Below are positions 1-64,000 of a DNA stretch of 64,000 nt, one piece after another; within the stretch, counting starts at the first letter, position 1; each line of letters begins with the position of its first letter. The stretch spans positions 34,850,401 through 34,914,400 of the forward strand of contig CM120641.1 in NCBI GenBank assembly GCA_051362555.1, given 5' to 3'. The notes under the pieces were generated by a model. The model worked only from the letters and a program-made list of their open reading frames with translations. It was not told where the DNA came from and did no database searches. Source of the DNA: Lingula anatina. Taxonomy: Eukaryota; Animalia; Brachiopoda. A program made the position numbers and the translations under genes.

Positions 1-1055
1 ACCAGATCCAGACCTCCCAATGATCAGAACATCTAGAAAAATAATCTCATTATAACTTTGCATGTGGAACGCCATCACTTTACAAACGCTACGTAAATTT
101 TGATTCCACGCACAGACACATCAGGTGCGTCCTCAAACCCAGAGGATACAGTAATAAATACTAAAATGTGAGTTTGATAGTTTTCACTATGGCTAGCTTA
201 TTTATTGGTTGTACAGTCCGTAAAATTTTGTGAGAAAATCATTTTAGAAGTTGAGTAAAAAACATTCGTTTATGAGATGACTTTCTGTGTCACTTTACGC
301 ATTGCATTAGGAGTGACACTTTTATTTGGTGGAGGATTACATGTATATTAACATTTAGTTACACAGAAACTGAGTAGTCCAGTTGTTTTTGAGGAGACTG
401 AATGCAGTGCAGCCCAATCAATGTAGTCATATTGCAGTTTTGAAATAAATAAATAAATATAGTCTGCTATATTCGCCGGCATGTATTCATCAAGCAAAAG
501 GGTCGGACCTAATAGAACATATGCGAAAGTTTTACAATCAGTAGGGGATATGTTTCTAAACAAATTCTGATGGGTTTGTTTTGCTTGAAATGACTGTATT
601 GACAGTAATAGCAATGTCTTCTTTATTTAAAAAATGACCTGTCGTGCACATTTTTAGATTCGCTCATGTCCAGTCATTCAAAAACAGTTTTCCAATCACA
701 CTAATGGTTCGGGACTTATAGGTCACGAGTTTTCCACAGAAAAATTAAGCTTTGCTTCTTTAACGCCTTCACCAGGATACGTTTAACATTTTATTGGTCA
801 CTGGGGGCAAAGGGAGTAACACACACTGGATCCTAATCTAAAAAAAACATTAATTGATTTTGCACTTATGAACAATTCCGGTAGCTTGCTGCTGCACAAC
901 GCAGAAATAATCTCACTTTTACTGAAAGTGCAGTTATCAGTAGGGTTGTCATTGCTTACTTACAGAAAAAGATTTTTAAAAAACTGCCATAGTAACGTGT
1001 TTTTAAGAGAATGTATCTTTCTATTATTATAACTCAAACTATCTGTAATTTTTAG

Positions 1056-52460
<51,405 letters not shown>

Positions 52461-53761
52461 GTATGTATGTCCAGGGTATGGTATGCCTATTTAGCAGTAT
52501 TTTCTGCTAATCAAACTATTAAAAGTTTTCTCTTCTATAAAAATTTAATAATTTTTTCACTAGAATTAATCTTTCTATAAATTTGACCAATATTCCATTT
52601 AGTCAAGACTACATTTTTGAAAAAAATATATTGCAATTATGTTATGATGTTATTTTGATAGATATTTATATACAGACACTGTATGTGTTAGTATTTATTC
52701 TGATCACTGTTTTTGTCTGTGTTGATTGCATCTGTCTCATCTGTTTTTAACCCTTTGACTGCCAAACCATATCGTTTTTAACAGAAATTTACTAAATGAC
52801 TTTGATTGGTAAAATAGCAGGCTCCTTTCTAACATTACTTTATAAAAGTAGATCTTTCTTTTTTTGCATGTATTTGGCAGCTTTTGTCCCATAAGTACAA
52901 ACTAAATTTTGTTTAACTTTTTCACAAAAATTTTTTTTTTTTTTGTAAAAAGGTAGGTTTCTTTTGAAAATCAGCAAGACAGAGGTATATTTTACAAAAC
53001 TTACATTTACTGGAATGTATTTGTTTATGTTAAAATGGAGCAATAGAAATTACTTCTTTACTTTTAAGTGTTTGTATATTTGCCAGCCTTGCTGTCTAAT
53101 TAATTTTTTTACCTAAATGAGTAATCACTTAGATCCTATTTTCAAACTGCATACTGTTAATCACTAAAAGACCAAATTTAACATCAAAGTTTTCATCAAG
53201 TAGCGCTAAAAGGGAAAATTGCAGGCCTATTATAATTTCATTTACCATATCTTCTGAAACTTGTAAATGTCACAGTCAGAACAGTCAAATACCCAGAACA
53301 AAAAGGTAAGCTATCTGTTAATTTTACTTTAGTTTTGAGTGTCTTTACCTCAAGGTGTGTATTGCATGTTTAAATGAGGCAATTCAAAGACATGCAGTAG
53401 GAAAGGTAAGAGTGCTTTATTTTGTTTTACACACAAAGGGATTGTTGTCTTCTTCAATTTGTCTTGAATGGTGGATTTACGAATTGTCACAGTATAAGGG
53501 TGTAGGAAAGTGCATTGAATGTGAGAAAAAGAAAAGAATCCCAGACTAAATGAACGTGTGATGTGGGTGCCATTGAAGGCAATTGCAATTGAATTGCAAT
53601 TGGTTATGATGTATGACGGCTGTAAAATTGTTGGTTTGTCTCAGAAACATGCAAAGTTAGTTTTGTGCTGATTATAGTGTGGTATGGTGTGACTGTATGC
53701 TTGAAAGGAAATTGTTCTTGCTCGCAAAAATGTGATGGAGTGAAGATGTGCAGTATTCCTT

Positions 53762-55029
53762 TGTCGAGAGCGCCCGGAGTTCAACAGACGCTCCCGACAA
53801 CGTAATGACAATATTCACTTTTGGCGCGCAAGCAGCACACGGGCTTGCAGCACAGAATCATAGTAATAAAGGAAATTTGTATAAAAGCCACTTTTTGTAT
53901 TGAATCAGGGTCAGTTGCTTAATAAAGCAGCATTACGTAAATTAACCTATTTTGAGTTTTATACTTATATTGAGTGTCGGTATGTGAACGGTGCGGGGGA
54001 GTATTGACATGACCCCGGTATGGGATGGGATTTATTGCGATATTATAAATAAGTGGTGGTGTCCTCTTTCTCCATTTGGTGCGTGGTCTTTGGTTGTGGG
54101 TGTTTTTCTTGCACAACTGTCACTGGAACATGGACTTCGGGTGATGGAGTCTCTGTCAGTGTGAAGATCTTCGACACTGCGATCCTGGAAGGGGCTTCGA
54201 CACTTCGTACATGGGATAACACCTTCGACACTACGATCCTGGGAAGGGCGTCGACACTTCGAACCTAGGAGAGAGACCAGCGAAGAGGCCTTTTAAAAAC
54301 GTTTTTTGTGCGTTTTTTATGTTTTGATTACGCAGAGTCAGGTCAGTTATCTGCTACCGTTAACCATGTAAAACGGTACTACCTGTTCATGGTCGAGCCG
54401 TCGGCGACTAAACCGACAAAACCTTGTCGGGCTTGCCTGGCAAAGGTAAAGGGCGTCAGGACGCCCTGTGGGAACTAAATAATCCCTCAAAGATCTGCAG
54501 ATCGTCCTGGGCCCTCATCAGTACATGTAGACCCTGAAGTCCCCATGGAAAAGAAGAGAAAAGAAGAATCCACGACGCAAGCGCCGGAATAAATATAGAC
54601 TGTTAAAATATATTATAAGAACTGTTACCGTTTTAATTAAAGATTAATATAAATGTAATATAATATAAATGTCACGTAAATGCAATGAAAAAAGATTTTA
54701 TCATGTTTTTTTCTCGCGAAAAATGAAGGAATATGTCGTGAGTGCCCGGAGTCCAAGAGACGCTCCCGACAACGTCATGATGTAAATAGAGACAATAAAC
54801 CTTTGACGCGCAAGCAGCACACGGGCTTGCAGCACAGAATCCGCGTAAGTTCATAGTGATAAAGGGAACTTGTATAAAAGCCACTTTTTGTATTGACTCG
54901 GGGTCAGTTGCCTAATAAAGCAGCATTATGTTGAAATATCCTTGTTGTTGACTTGGGTTCCGTCGCACGCACTTACTGGAAGTTTTAGACCAACGAATCT
55001 GGGATCCATCGTGAGAGTGAAAGATTACA
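53762..55029 (+). mobile_element. Small non-coding LTR-like element (two diverged LTR-like direct repeats)
   Basis: Repeats start TGTCG at 53762 and 54734 and share gcaagcagcacacgggcttgcagcacagaat, TATAAAA and AATAAA. A purine tract precedes the second copy, which ends ...GATTACA at 55029. No TSD seen. Confidence 0.5.
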
Positions 55030-55469
55030 TGTGAACAAGTAAATGAGCGTAAATTAGCGATAGTGAGTGAAAACTTCCTTCGGTTTAGGACGTTCACTAC
55101 ACCTTTTAGGAAAAGCATATGCTGATGTGAAATGCAAGTTATATTGTTGTGTGTGAGACTTAGAGTGAATATATCCAAGTTTGCTGGTGGAAGTATGACA
55201 CCCTTATCAAGATAGATGACATCTCTGAAGAATATTGAACAAGTTTAACAAACTTCCAATGGACAGTCCAGTTTGCTTATATTCTGAATAGAACTGTGGA
55301 AATTCCTGGAGCGCTGGAAATCAAAGTTACCATGATTATTTTGAACATACCTTTATTGCTTTAATCACAACTTACCTTAATATTTTTCTGCTGCTCAGGT
55401 TGTTCAACCCGGAAAACTCCTCTGTGGAATTGACTACGTGTTTGCATATACTGTAGGCGTGACGCTCGT

Positions 55470-56075
55470 AACGCACCCTTGTCAAAACTTTTGAAAATAA
55501 AATGCTAAATATCTTCCAAACCAGGATTGTAGTAAAAGTTACTATAGAAGTCTGACCGAAAGTTATATGTGGAGATTCCAGATATGCCCTTGGATTTCAC
55601 CTTTGACCTTTATTTCAAGGTCAAGCGGGCCAAAACTTTCTAATATATTCTTATATTTGACATACTTTTCATGTTGAAAGGAACTTTGCAAACTTTTCGT
55701 CCCAAACTGACAGAGATATGACCATAGTTACTGTTGATTTTGAATAGGAAGTCATATACTGACAGTCTTACTGTGGCCTTCAAATTGACCTTGGGCCTAT
55801 TTTCCATGATGAACTAAACTGAACTATACAAACTTTCTGGCCCTCATATATACAAAACTATGCCCATGGCTATATATTAATTGAATAGGAAGTCATATAC
55901 TGGCAATTTTACTGTGACCTTGAATTTGACTTGTGACCTATTTGTTACCATAAACTGAACTTTGCAAATATTCCATTCATTATACTTCCACAACTGGCAG
56001 AGATATGTCCATAGTTGCTATTGAACTTGACTAGGAAGACAGATACTGGCAATCTTACTGTGACCTTGAAATTGA
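55470..56075 (+). mobile_element. Family H1 internal fragment with tandem units
   Basis: gcacccttgtc...tgacctttatttc..ggtcaa and repeated gaataggaagtcatatactggcaat, as in 11840-12740. Confidence 0.65.
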
Positions 56076-56088
56076 GTTGCCATGCTTT

Positions 56089-56318
56089 AGACTGGGTTCC
56101 CATGTCTAGATCGATCCATCTCGATCGGTCTAACTCCCTGGGGAGTCTCACTAAATTGCTATCAAATTGCCAGCTTAAATGTCAGCTAGAGTGTAAAGAT
56201 AATTACCACCTAACAGCTTACTAGGCGTGACAGACATTTAAGCCGGTTAAGTTGATAGCAATTTAGTGAGACTCCCCAGGGAGATAGATCGATCCAAATA
56301 TCTGTGGGAATGGTCCCT
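56089..56318. mobile_element. MITE family A copy (reverse orientation)
   Basis: ttcccat...gatcgatc...ccctggggagtctcactaaattgctatcaa is mirrored by ttgatagcaatttagtgagactccccaggg...tgtgggaatgg. Confidence 0.7.
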
Positions 56319-57859
56319 TAGATTGCAGCATGCAGTTGACCATATAAGGATAGCCAGTGACCTGCATAATCATTATTAATGCCATAATTATTTTGAGGTG
56401 TGTAAGGGTCTGAAGTTTGATTTAATTAAATTAATCTAGTGTATTTTGAAATATGCGGGAAACAAAAGCTCCATGTGCATTACTTTTTTATTACATTGTT
56501 AATCAAATTTTGTCTGTCAAATTATGGTAATTAATAAATAGAAAAGGCGGTTCTTCCTGCCTCCTACCACGATGGATCCCTTGAAACCTGAAACCTTGGC
56601 AGAGATGCCACTTCTTCCTCAGTTCTGAGTGACCAGGGTGTGGATGCCAGGCGGTCATGCAGTATACTAAGTATATGGATATTTCAGTTTTTTAAAACCG
56701 ATTCAACGAAACGTTCTAAAGCAATGGCTTTAGGTATTTGTCTATAACTTATCTTTGATGCGTTAAAATGGGTTTGACGCCTGCATGTTGAACATGGTTT
56801 TGCCATCCACCAATATCTTCCCCACGTGATATTTTGTGCCCTCCATGCCTCCTTTGTCTCATTACGCGCATCTCATTAGGTAAAAATTGCAGTTGTGCCT
56901 CATGTTACCTACACAGAATTTTAAACTATATCGGTAGAATTAGTAGTGGCAGTAAATACATACGAAATATTCAAGATGGGAAAAATTTTGTGGAATGGCT
57001 CTTTTCAAATTTTGGCTGTTGAAATTGAGTGAATGGTTTTCAATAAAATTATGTGTCATAATTATAGTACAGCAAAATAGTCACAATTGAAAATTAAAGA
57101 ACTGCATAAAGGTGACTTCCTTTTCTAATTTTGGTATGTTTTTACAAATAATACCATAAAATTTAATATTCCGATCCATTGAAGTATGTGACCTAGTTAA
57201 TAGTTACACTGCTTACTGCGTGACTGATTATGAAAGCAGCCATTTCAAGGCAAAGGGGGCGAATCACTAGCGCTAATTTGCAAATGATGTTTGAACGTAA
57301 TTTTGAAATTTCTCATTTTATGTCTTATGCCAATATCACGTTGTCTAATCAAAACGCTCTGTCCAAAACAATTTCTACCTCCAAAATTTAAAGCCTTTTG
57401 TAAAAACATATTAAACACTGTTTAGTCATTAGTAACAATTTTTTTTTATTTCGCCAAAACCCCCTCTGCCTTTAAACTTTTTACTATAATTACAAGTCTG
57501 ACTTTGCCTCCGTGACGTTTGTAAAACTATTTATGTAGCCAAATGTTCACAAGCACAACGAAGCTCAGTTCTTGCTCAAAATCAAATAAGAAATACCTTG
57601 TAAGTCCATGACTGACATTGTCATCTATTATAATGACGGAATGTAATATGATACTAAGTTACAAAATGGGGGAAAGTAACAATAAAAAATTAAATGAGCA
57701 CGCAGCCACAATACAAAATAGAGAAAAAAGATGGCAAGAGCAATGGCCGGGGATGTGAGCATAATATTAATTTAGCACAGCGTCCGAGGTTTAAGTAATC
57801 TGGTCGTGGTAGACCTAATCGCCAGTCGCCTGTCCCTCCATCCTGTTTCCCTTCGCAAA

Positions 57860-58010
57860 AACTATCCTGGCTTCTCAGAATCGTTTTTTTTTTTTAAGAC
57901 ACTAGTTTCTGGTTGCCAGAATCGATTTTTAATAAACGTCACTGGTTTCTGGTTGTCAGAATCGTTTTTTAAAAACGACACTGGTTTCTAGGCATCAGAA
58001 TCGTTATTGA
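57860..58010. repeat. Short minisatellite, four units of about 40 bp
   Basis: Repeated act(g/a)gtttct..(t)tg.cagaatcgttttt. Confidence 0.7.
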
Positions 58011-59177
58011 AAAATTCAATGAAATTAAAATTTTTACTTCAAACAACAAAGGGAGACCCAAGGACCCTCCTTTCCACCTCCTCAACCTTTTCCCCCAAAC
58101 ACCCACACCCACACCCAATCAAACGATCCTAGCAAATAAATATAAGAAAAACGACATAAGCCAGAATAGTTTATTATTATTACTATTATTATTATCAAAT
58201 AAAATCAAACTTAGTCCACCTTACAACAAGGCGAGACACCCAGGGGCCGACCTGTGCGCTGTATAGACCGATCGGCAGTCATCTAGCCTTCCCCCCCCCC
58301 CCCCCCCCACGCCGAGGACCGTAACACCCTGTCCGGCGTCCGCTATGAAGGCTGCCAGTGTGTCCCGTATAAATTGATTGGCGGTCTGTGCGTCGTAAAC
58401 AACGATCGGCGGTCGTCTCGTAATTTTATCCTTATTAGTAGCGAAAAGGCAGTAGTGCATTGTTCAAAAGGAAAATCAATAAATTAATTTGTGAACTTCT
58501 TTCATAAACTTGTCGGGTCATTCTGAACCCGTTCATGAAAATCGTCAACACGGCTTATACGACAGGTAGTAGATTTTATCGAGAAATTCAAAGCGCTTTC
58601 ATGACAATTAACAACTGAGGGCTTTAAAGGTCGGTTTACTTATATCAATAGCCGCTTAATTGGTAGAAAAAAACAACCAAACCCTTTGCTTTATTGATTG
58701 CCTTTTTTAATATTTAAAGATGGATTTTAAGTAAGTATACATATCCAACTATTGCCACAGAACCCGACCAAATGCTACCCTATAGTTTCGCATTGTAAAA
58801 TTTAAAAATGCACCACGGCACATTTTTTGAAGTTGTCTTTGGCATGAAGATTTTACTTTAAGTGTATTAGAAATTTCCAGTAATTTGTATGCGTTGGAAG
58901 AAACGTACAGAGCTGTCCGCTTTAAAAGTTGGCTGAGTTAAATGAATAATACCTTATTTCCGGCTGTTTATTATGTATAGGAACATTGTGTCTGTACATA
59001 TAACCGTCGTCGCCGTGCACTTTCAGAGATAACATGATAATTGGAAAACCGTTTGACCTTTTGTCTTCACATTTACAAAATGATGAATATAAGTAAAATA
59101 CAGGCAAAGTTCGAAAATCGACTTGATTGGATCATTTTTCTCAAAGTTGTGCTGTTTTTTTGTTTTTTTTCAGCATA

Positions 59178-60838
59178 CAGGGTTACCACATAATATGGAA
59201 TATTATTTTTTGTCGAGAAAATGTTCTACAAAATATTTCATTTCTCTCCAACTATTTTAAATCCAAAACTGAGGTGTCACTTTATGTGTATAGCCAGGTG
59301 TGTTACCTAATTACCATGCAACTTTCAAAACAATTAATGTAAGCAGTTGCATGTTCTGTGGTTAGAAATGTGAGGGGTGGTCTTTTTGGCAATTTCTGCC
59401 CTTGTATAAAAACGCATGGGTTTGGTCAATCTTTGGAGTGTATTTAGAGAAGCAACAAAGGGATCGCTCTGAAACTTGTCAGTAACGTTAGAGAATATAT
59501 GGTTTGACAGCTAAGCAACGCAGCTTACTATGGGATTCTTGCTCTCAGAGAAAATGGCTAGAAACGGACAGCCATTGCCAGACAATTCAACATTTATCAG
59601 GAACCGTTAGTAAAGTCCTCCAAACAAATGCTACATCAGGGGCACCTACTCCAATACTTCCAGCAGGGTGTCCGCGTACCACACCAAGAAGACAGGATCG
59701 CCTTCTCCTAAGAGTGCGCCGTGCTGGTCGTACAAAGACAACCAGTGTCCTCAAAAAAGAGTGGCAGAATGCCTTTCAAACGCCCGTTTCAAGGTCCCTT
59801 GTGAACAAGAGATTACAGCAAACTGGTTATTTTGCACGAAGACCAGTAGGGAAACCTCTGTTAACAGCAGGTCATATACAGCGACGTCTGCAATGGGCTG
59901 GGGACCACGTGCGTTTGCAGCCAAAACCCTGGAATCACGTCGTTTCCAGTGATGAGGCCAGATATGGAATTTTGGAGGTTGACTGTCGAATCCGTGTCCG
60001 CCGACGTGTACGAGAGGCATAAAACGATGATTGTGTACTACCTAGGGTGCAAGCAGGGGGTGGTAACGTCTCTGTTTGGGGAGCATTCCATGCCGGTGCC
60101 CAGAGCCAGTTGGTTTTTCTAGGAGGCAACCTCAACCAGGGTTCCTACAGAGACATTCTACAGCAAACAATGCTTCGATCTGTAAGAGTCATCTTCAGGA
60201 ACAACTTTGTGTACCAAGACGACTGTGCAACCCCACATCGGGCTCGCAGAATCACTGGTTTTCTTCAAAACCAATGGGTTCAGCAACTGCCCTGGCCTGC
60301 AAACTCCCCAGTAATGAACCCAATTAAAATCTGTAGGCGGAAGTAACTCAGAGAATTAAAAGCTATGGTCATCGGCCGGTAAATAGTGATGAAATGCGAC
60401 AGGCAAATATCACTGCGTGGAATGATATCCCCATCCAAACTCTAAAAAACGTGTCACAGGGTATGGCATGTAGGATGAGGGCGCTGCAAGCGGCTGCTGG
60501 AGGTCATACCCGCTATTGATGACTTTTCATGATTTACTGTAATGATTTCTTTGACTGTGTAACATATCACTGCCCAGAGGCTATCATTTTCTTTAATATC
60601 TTAGCTTAAAGTTAATACTGACATCAAACTGTTGATTTGGTTTTCTGGTGGTGTTCTTTTCTTTTGAATGACATCTAATGTCAGATATGATATCATTGAC
60701 CAAAATATCTCACAATAGAAGACTGAATATTTTTCTCACTCAATGATATACTTTTCTCATGAATCAAGCCAAAAAATATTTAATCAGCACTCAAAAATAA
60801 CAATGATAAAAAATATTCCATATTAAGTAGCAACCCTG
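59178..60838 (+). mobile_element. Full-length but inactive Tc1/mariner transposon
   Basis: TIR CAGGGTT(A/G)C(C/T)AC(A/T)TAATATGGAATATT flanked by TA. Transposase remnant ~59455-60519 (RRPVGKPLLT, SSDEA, YQDDCATPH, WPANSPVMNPIK, GGHTRY) with an in-frame stop at ~60020, the catalytic E replaced by K, and a frameshift. Confidence 0.9.
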
Positions 60839-61479
60839 TATATGCAATACAGTTAAGTGAAAAATTGTCAAGAGATTATTACAAAAAGCACCCATGAAAA
60901 ATAAAAAACAATGCAGTGACTTTTAATGTCGGAACGGGTGCCATTGGTGATTATGGGAACATTGTTGTTTACCCCAGGAAAAATCTGTTTCATGGAGTCG
61001 TTATCCCTTTAAAGTAATTTAAACCGCGCTGCATGTGTTGACGCAACTAAATCGTGTTTTCCGATACCAAAGCCTTGCAAAGTCAACTTGATATTGAACT
61101 TTGATACATTTAATCAAATAAATGTATCAAGCGCTTTTTCATGTACTAGATTGATTTTATACATGTAATTTCGTTCAGGCCAAACAAAGTTCACTACCGG
61201 TACATGTACCTTGCTAAACCTTTAACTTCCGATAAATTTCTTTCTCAAATACAACATTGGTCAAAAAGGTTGTCACACCCCCATTTCCGTGTCTAACATG
61301 ATTAATGGTTAAAAAAAATACAAAATAGTGGTGAAAATATACACATTTTATACCATTTAGTAAAATTTATGAGGTACCCCCTCAAATCGACTGTTTCACT
61401 GTGACTTCTACAGATGTAAAGAAATGTCTATAAAATTTAAAAGACGCCATCAAATGTCACCAAATTCACACACAATAAG

Positions 61480-61700
61480 CATTAGGGTGTGCTCGTTAAA
61501 GATCACGTGCCTAACAGCGTGTGCGTCTACCGCGTACTGCAAATATCTCCTGTAGACGGCGCGACAAGCCTTCAACATGGTAAACAATTCTGTTTTGTGG
61601 GATATTGTCCCATTCTTCTTAAACAAGTTGGGGGAGATGGTCCACGTTTTTATGGGGTTGAAGGTCGAAGGTGTCATTTCATTTTTGGCGAGAGCGAACT
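61480..61700 (-). pseudogene. C-terminal fragment of a second Tc1-type transposase
   Basis: The minus-strand frame reads EEWDNIPQNRIVYHVEGLSRRLQEIFAVRGRRTRC*, matching the Tc1 C-terminal consensus. Stops lie upstream. Confidence 0.6.
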
Positions 61701-62544
61701 TATCCCCCGTCTTTGACTATTGAAAACGACACAATGAAAACGCTTAATACTAACTGAATACGGAATTTGCTTTATCTAAAATTTGTCTACTCTATACAGA
61801 CATGAGATAAGATCAATTCGCGACATCTTGATTTTATGAAAATAAGGATTAAGAAAAGTACAGAGTAAATGTGTATATAAGATTTTAATAATTTTTCATT
61901 ATAAGTTACGATTAATTAAGTATCTCAATAGATTTCCAACAAGTAGAACTTTTATAAGATACTACCTGCTTTACTTTAGTCTTTGAATGAAAGTTTACTA
62001 TTATCATTAAGACCGCAAGAATGAAAAACCGATCAATACCTTTTTTGCTAAAATTGATCGAAAGATCTATGAGGCTAGACGTTTGGGATTTGAACTGGAA
62101 TTCCTTATGGTATTAAGATGATCTACGTGCGAAAATCCATTCTATTATCTGCGGCACACAAGTCAAACACTAATTGCAAAAGGTTATGGTGTTTTTCGTA
62201 ACAATTCCTTATTATTTACCACACCCGTGAAACAGGTTAATACAATTGACTTTTGTGGGGCGAGTTCTCGCCATTCATTTCATTCATTAGAAATGGTTTG
62301 TTAGTCACGTCGAACAGGCGAATGGTCTCGCAGTAGCTAAACAATCTTTCAGAATGTAATTGTATTGATGAAATTCAGATAAGTAGGTCACTAATTAATT
62401 AAATTGTATATAAATCGAATTACCCTCCTATAGCGGCATCCAAAACAAAGGTAAAATGAACTAAATGTCAAACTCTCTGTCTCCATTATTGAGTCCAGTA
62501 GGCCTATAAATTTTTCCCAATAATTGACAAATCAATTTGACTGA

Positions 62545-63308
62545 GGTCAGTGTCTTAAAAAGATTTTCAAGGCCAAGGATAAATTATTTTGATAATACTT
62601 TCAAGTAACGATTTTAGCCTATATAGAAAGGCATTGATTAGACACTCTGAAAATGTTTACTTACTCTACGCTTTGAAATTGATTTGCAAATTTGTCTACT
62701 TGCAATTTTATTATGTCTATCTAGTTATTGTTTCGTATTCTTTCACAACATTTTTTCTGCAGTTTAAAGGCACAGGCAATTTAAACAAAAATAATTAACT
62801 TTAAATGATTTTTTTAGGGGAGGGATTTCAACACATTTTCTCAAAACCACTTGGGTATACCATATCCAAAACAATTCCCACAATTGTGGAGTTCTAAGTT
62901 CAAAGATTCTCAGGTTTAATTTTACCTTAAGGTCAGTGTCTTAAAAAGATTGTCAAGGCCAAGGATAAATTATTTTGATAAGACTTTCAAGTAACGATTT
63001 TAGCCTATATAGAAAGGCATTCATTAGACACTCTGAAAATGTTTACTTACTCTACGCTTTGAAATTGATTTGCCAATTTGTCTACTTGAAATTTTATTAT
63101 GTTTATCTCGTTATTATTTCGTATTCTTTCACAACATTTTTTCTGCAGTTTAAAGGCACAGGCAATTTAAACAAAAATAATTAACTTTAAATGATTTTTT
63201 AGGGGAGGGATTTCAACACATTTTCTCAAAACCACTTGGGTATACCATATCCAAAACAGTTCCCACAATTTTGGAGTTCTAAGTTCAAAGATTCTCAGGT
63301 TTAATTTC
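62545..63308 (+). repeat. Tandem duplication, two ~385-bp units
   Basis: aggtcagtgtcttaaaaagatt...gattctcaggtttaattt at ~62545-62922 and ~62930-63308. Confidence 0.9.
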
Positions 63309-64000
63309 ACTGGTGACGGTAAAAACGTTAAGTTTGGCCATCGAAAACGGGTTTACAAATCATTTATTATGAGCATTTTTCTAGAAGAGTATACCGTGTT
63401 GATAGGGGAAAATTGCTGAATTTTTTAGGAATTTTTTTTCTATACGGAGAGTGCTAAGTAACATGCTGCACAGAGTTATATAAAGCTAGCTTTCATGAAC
63501 AAACCATCGAGAAGCGAAGTGGTCATTAATATTCTACCGAACCAGTGCGTATATACATGTACAAGAGGCCCTCTTTGGAATTAGAGCAGAGGGCGAGAGA
63601 CGCCTTACAACCACTCAGAGCAAAGTCTGCCCCTGCCGCGGCGCATCGTGTGTTCCAGCCACTTCATCTTCAACGCAACCTACAAGACTTTTATCGGCAC
63701 CTCCAATGCAGCAAATAGGGAAAAGGACGACAAAATATTTACTACTGAAATACCCTCTGTTATTGAGAAAGTTGTAATAATAAAAACAGCAAAAATCACT
63801 TTTAAAATATATATTACATACAGCTTGTTCTTTATTTCTTCTTTTTATATATTGGTGATAAACGCTCAGTCCCCAATTAACTTGTTTTCGGGTGTGTTTA
63901 TGGCTCGGTTCTTCGTTGAGTAGTTTTTGTGTGCATTAGCGGGTTATAACACACCACGTCTGAGTCTTTTGTTTTACAATGGTCCAAATTATAGCACAAA

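Noticed and set aside
58221-58460. GC-rich 79-aa minus-strand ORF
   Set aside because: No recognisable domain. The poly-Gly comes from a C homopolymer. It could be a promoter or first exon, but this is unsupported.
63556-63923. VCSSHF motif suggesting a THAP finger
   Set aside because: The upstream CxxxxC, P and W signature is not in frame, so it is likely chance.

Overview
AT-rich, intron-rich animal DNA; the repeat and domain content suggests a marine invertebrate, possibly a mollusc (inference). The backbone is a long plus-strand gene for an extracellular mosaic protein: at least 9 MAM domains, an F-type lectin, sushi/CCP, C-type lectin, WSC and F5/8C domains, with exons from 1056 to at least 52460. 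One of its introns holds an 18,864-bp DNA transposon (1542-20405). The element has a perfect 6-bp target-site duplication (CAATTT), TATGG...CCATA termini and imperfect inverted repeats of about 330 bp. It carries two convergent, spliced genes that look intact: an 11-exon IS3/IS481-like DDE transposase on the minus strand and a ~17-exon Ser/Thr protein kinase with an Ig-like domain on the plus strand. Both genes start inside the inverted repeats and share a homologous promoter and first codons. The rest of the window is MITEs, Helentron-type non-autonomous elements, a decayed Gypsy element, Tc1 remnants, LTR-like fragments and local duplications. Exon coordinates were read by eye and may be off by a few bases.
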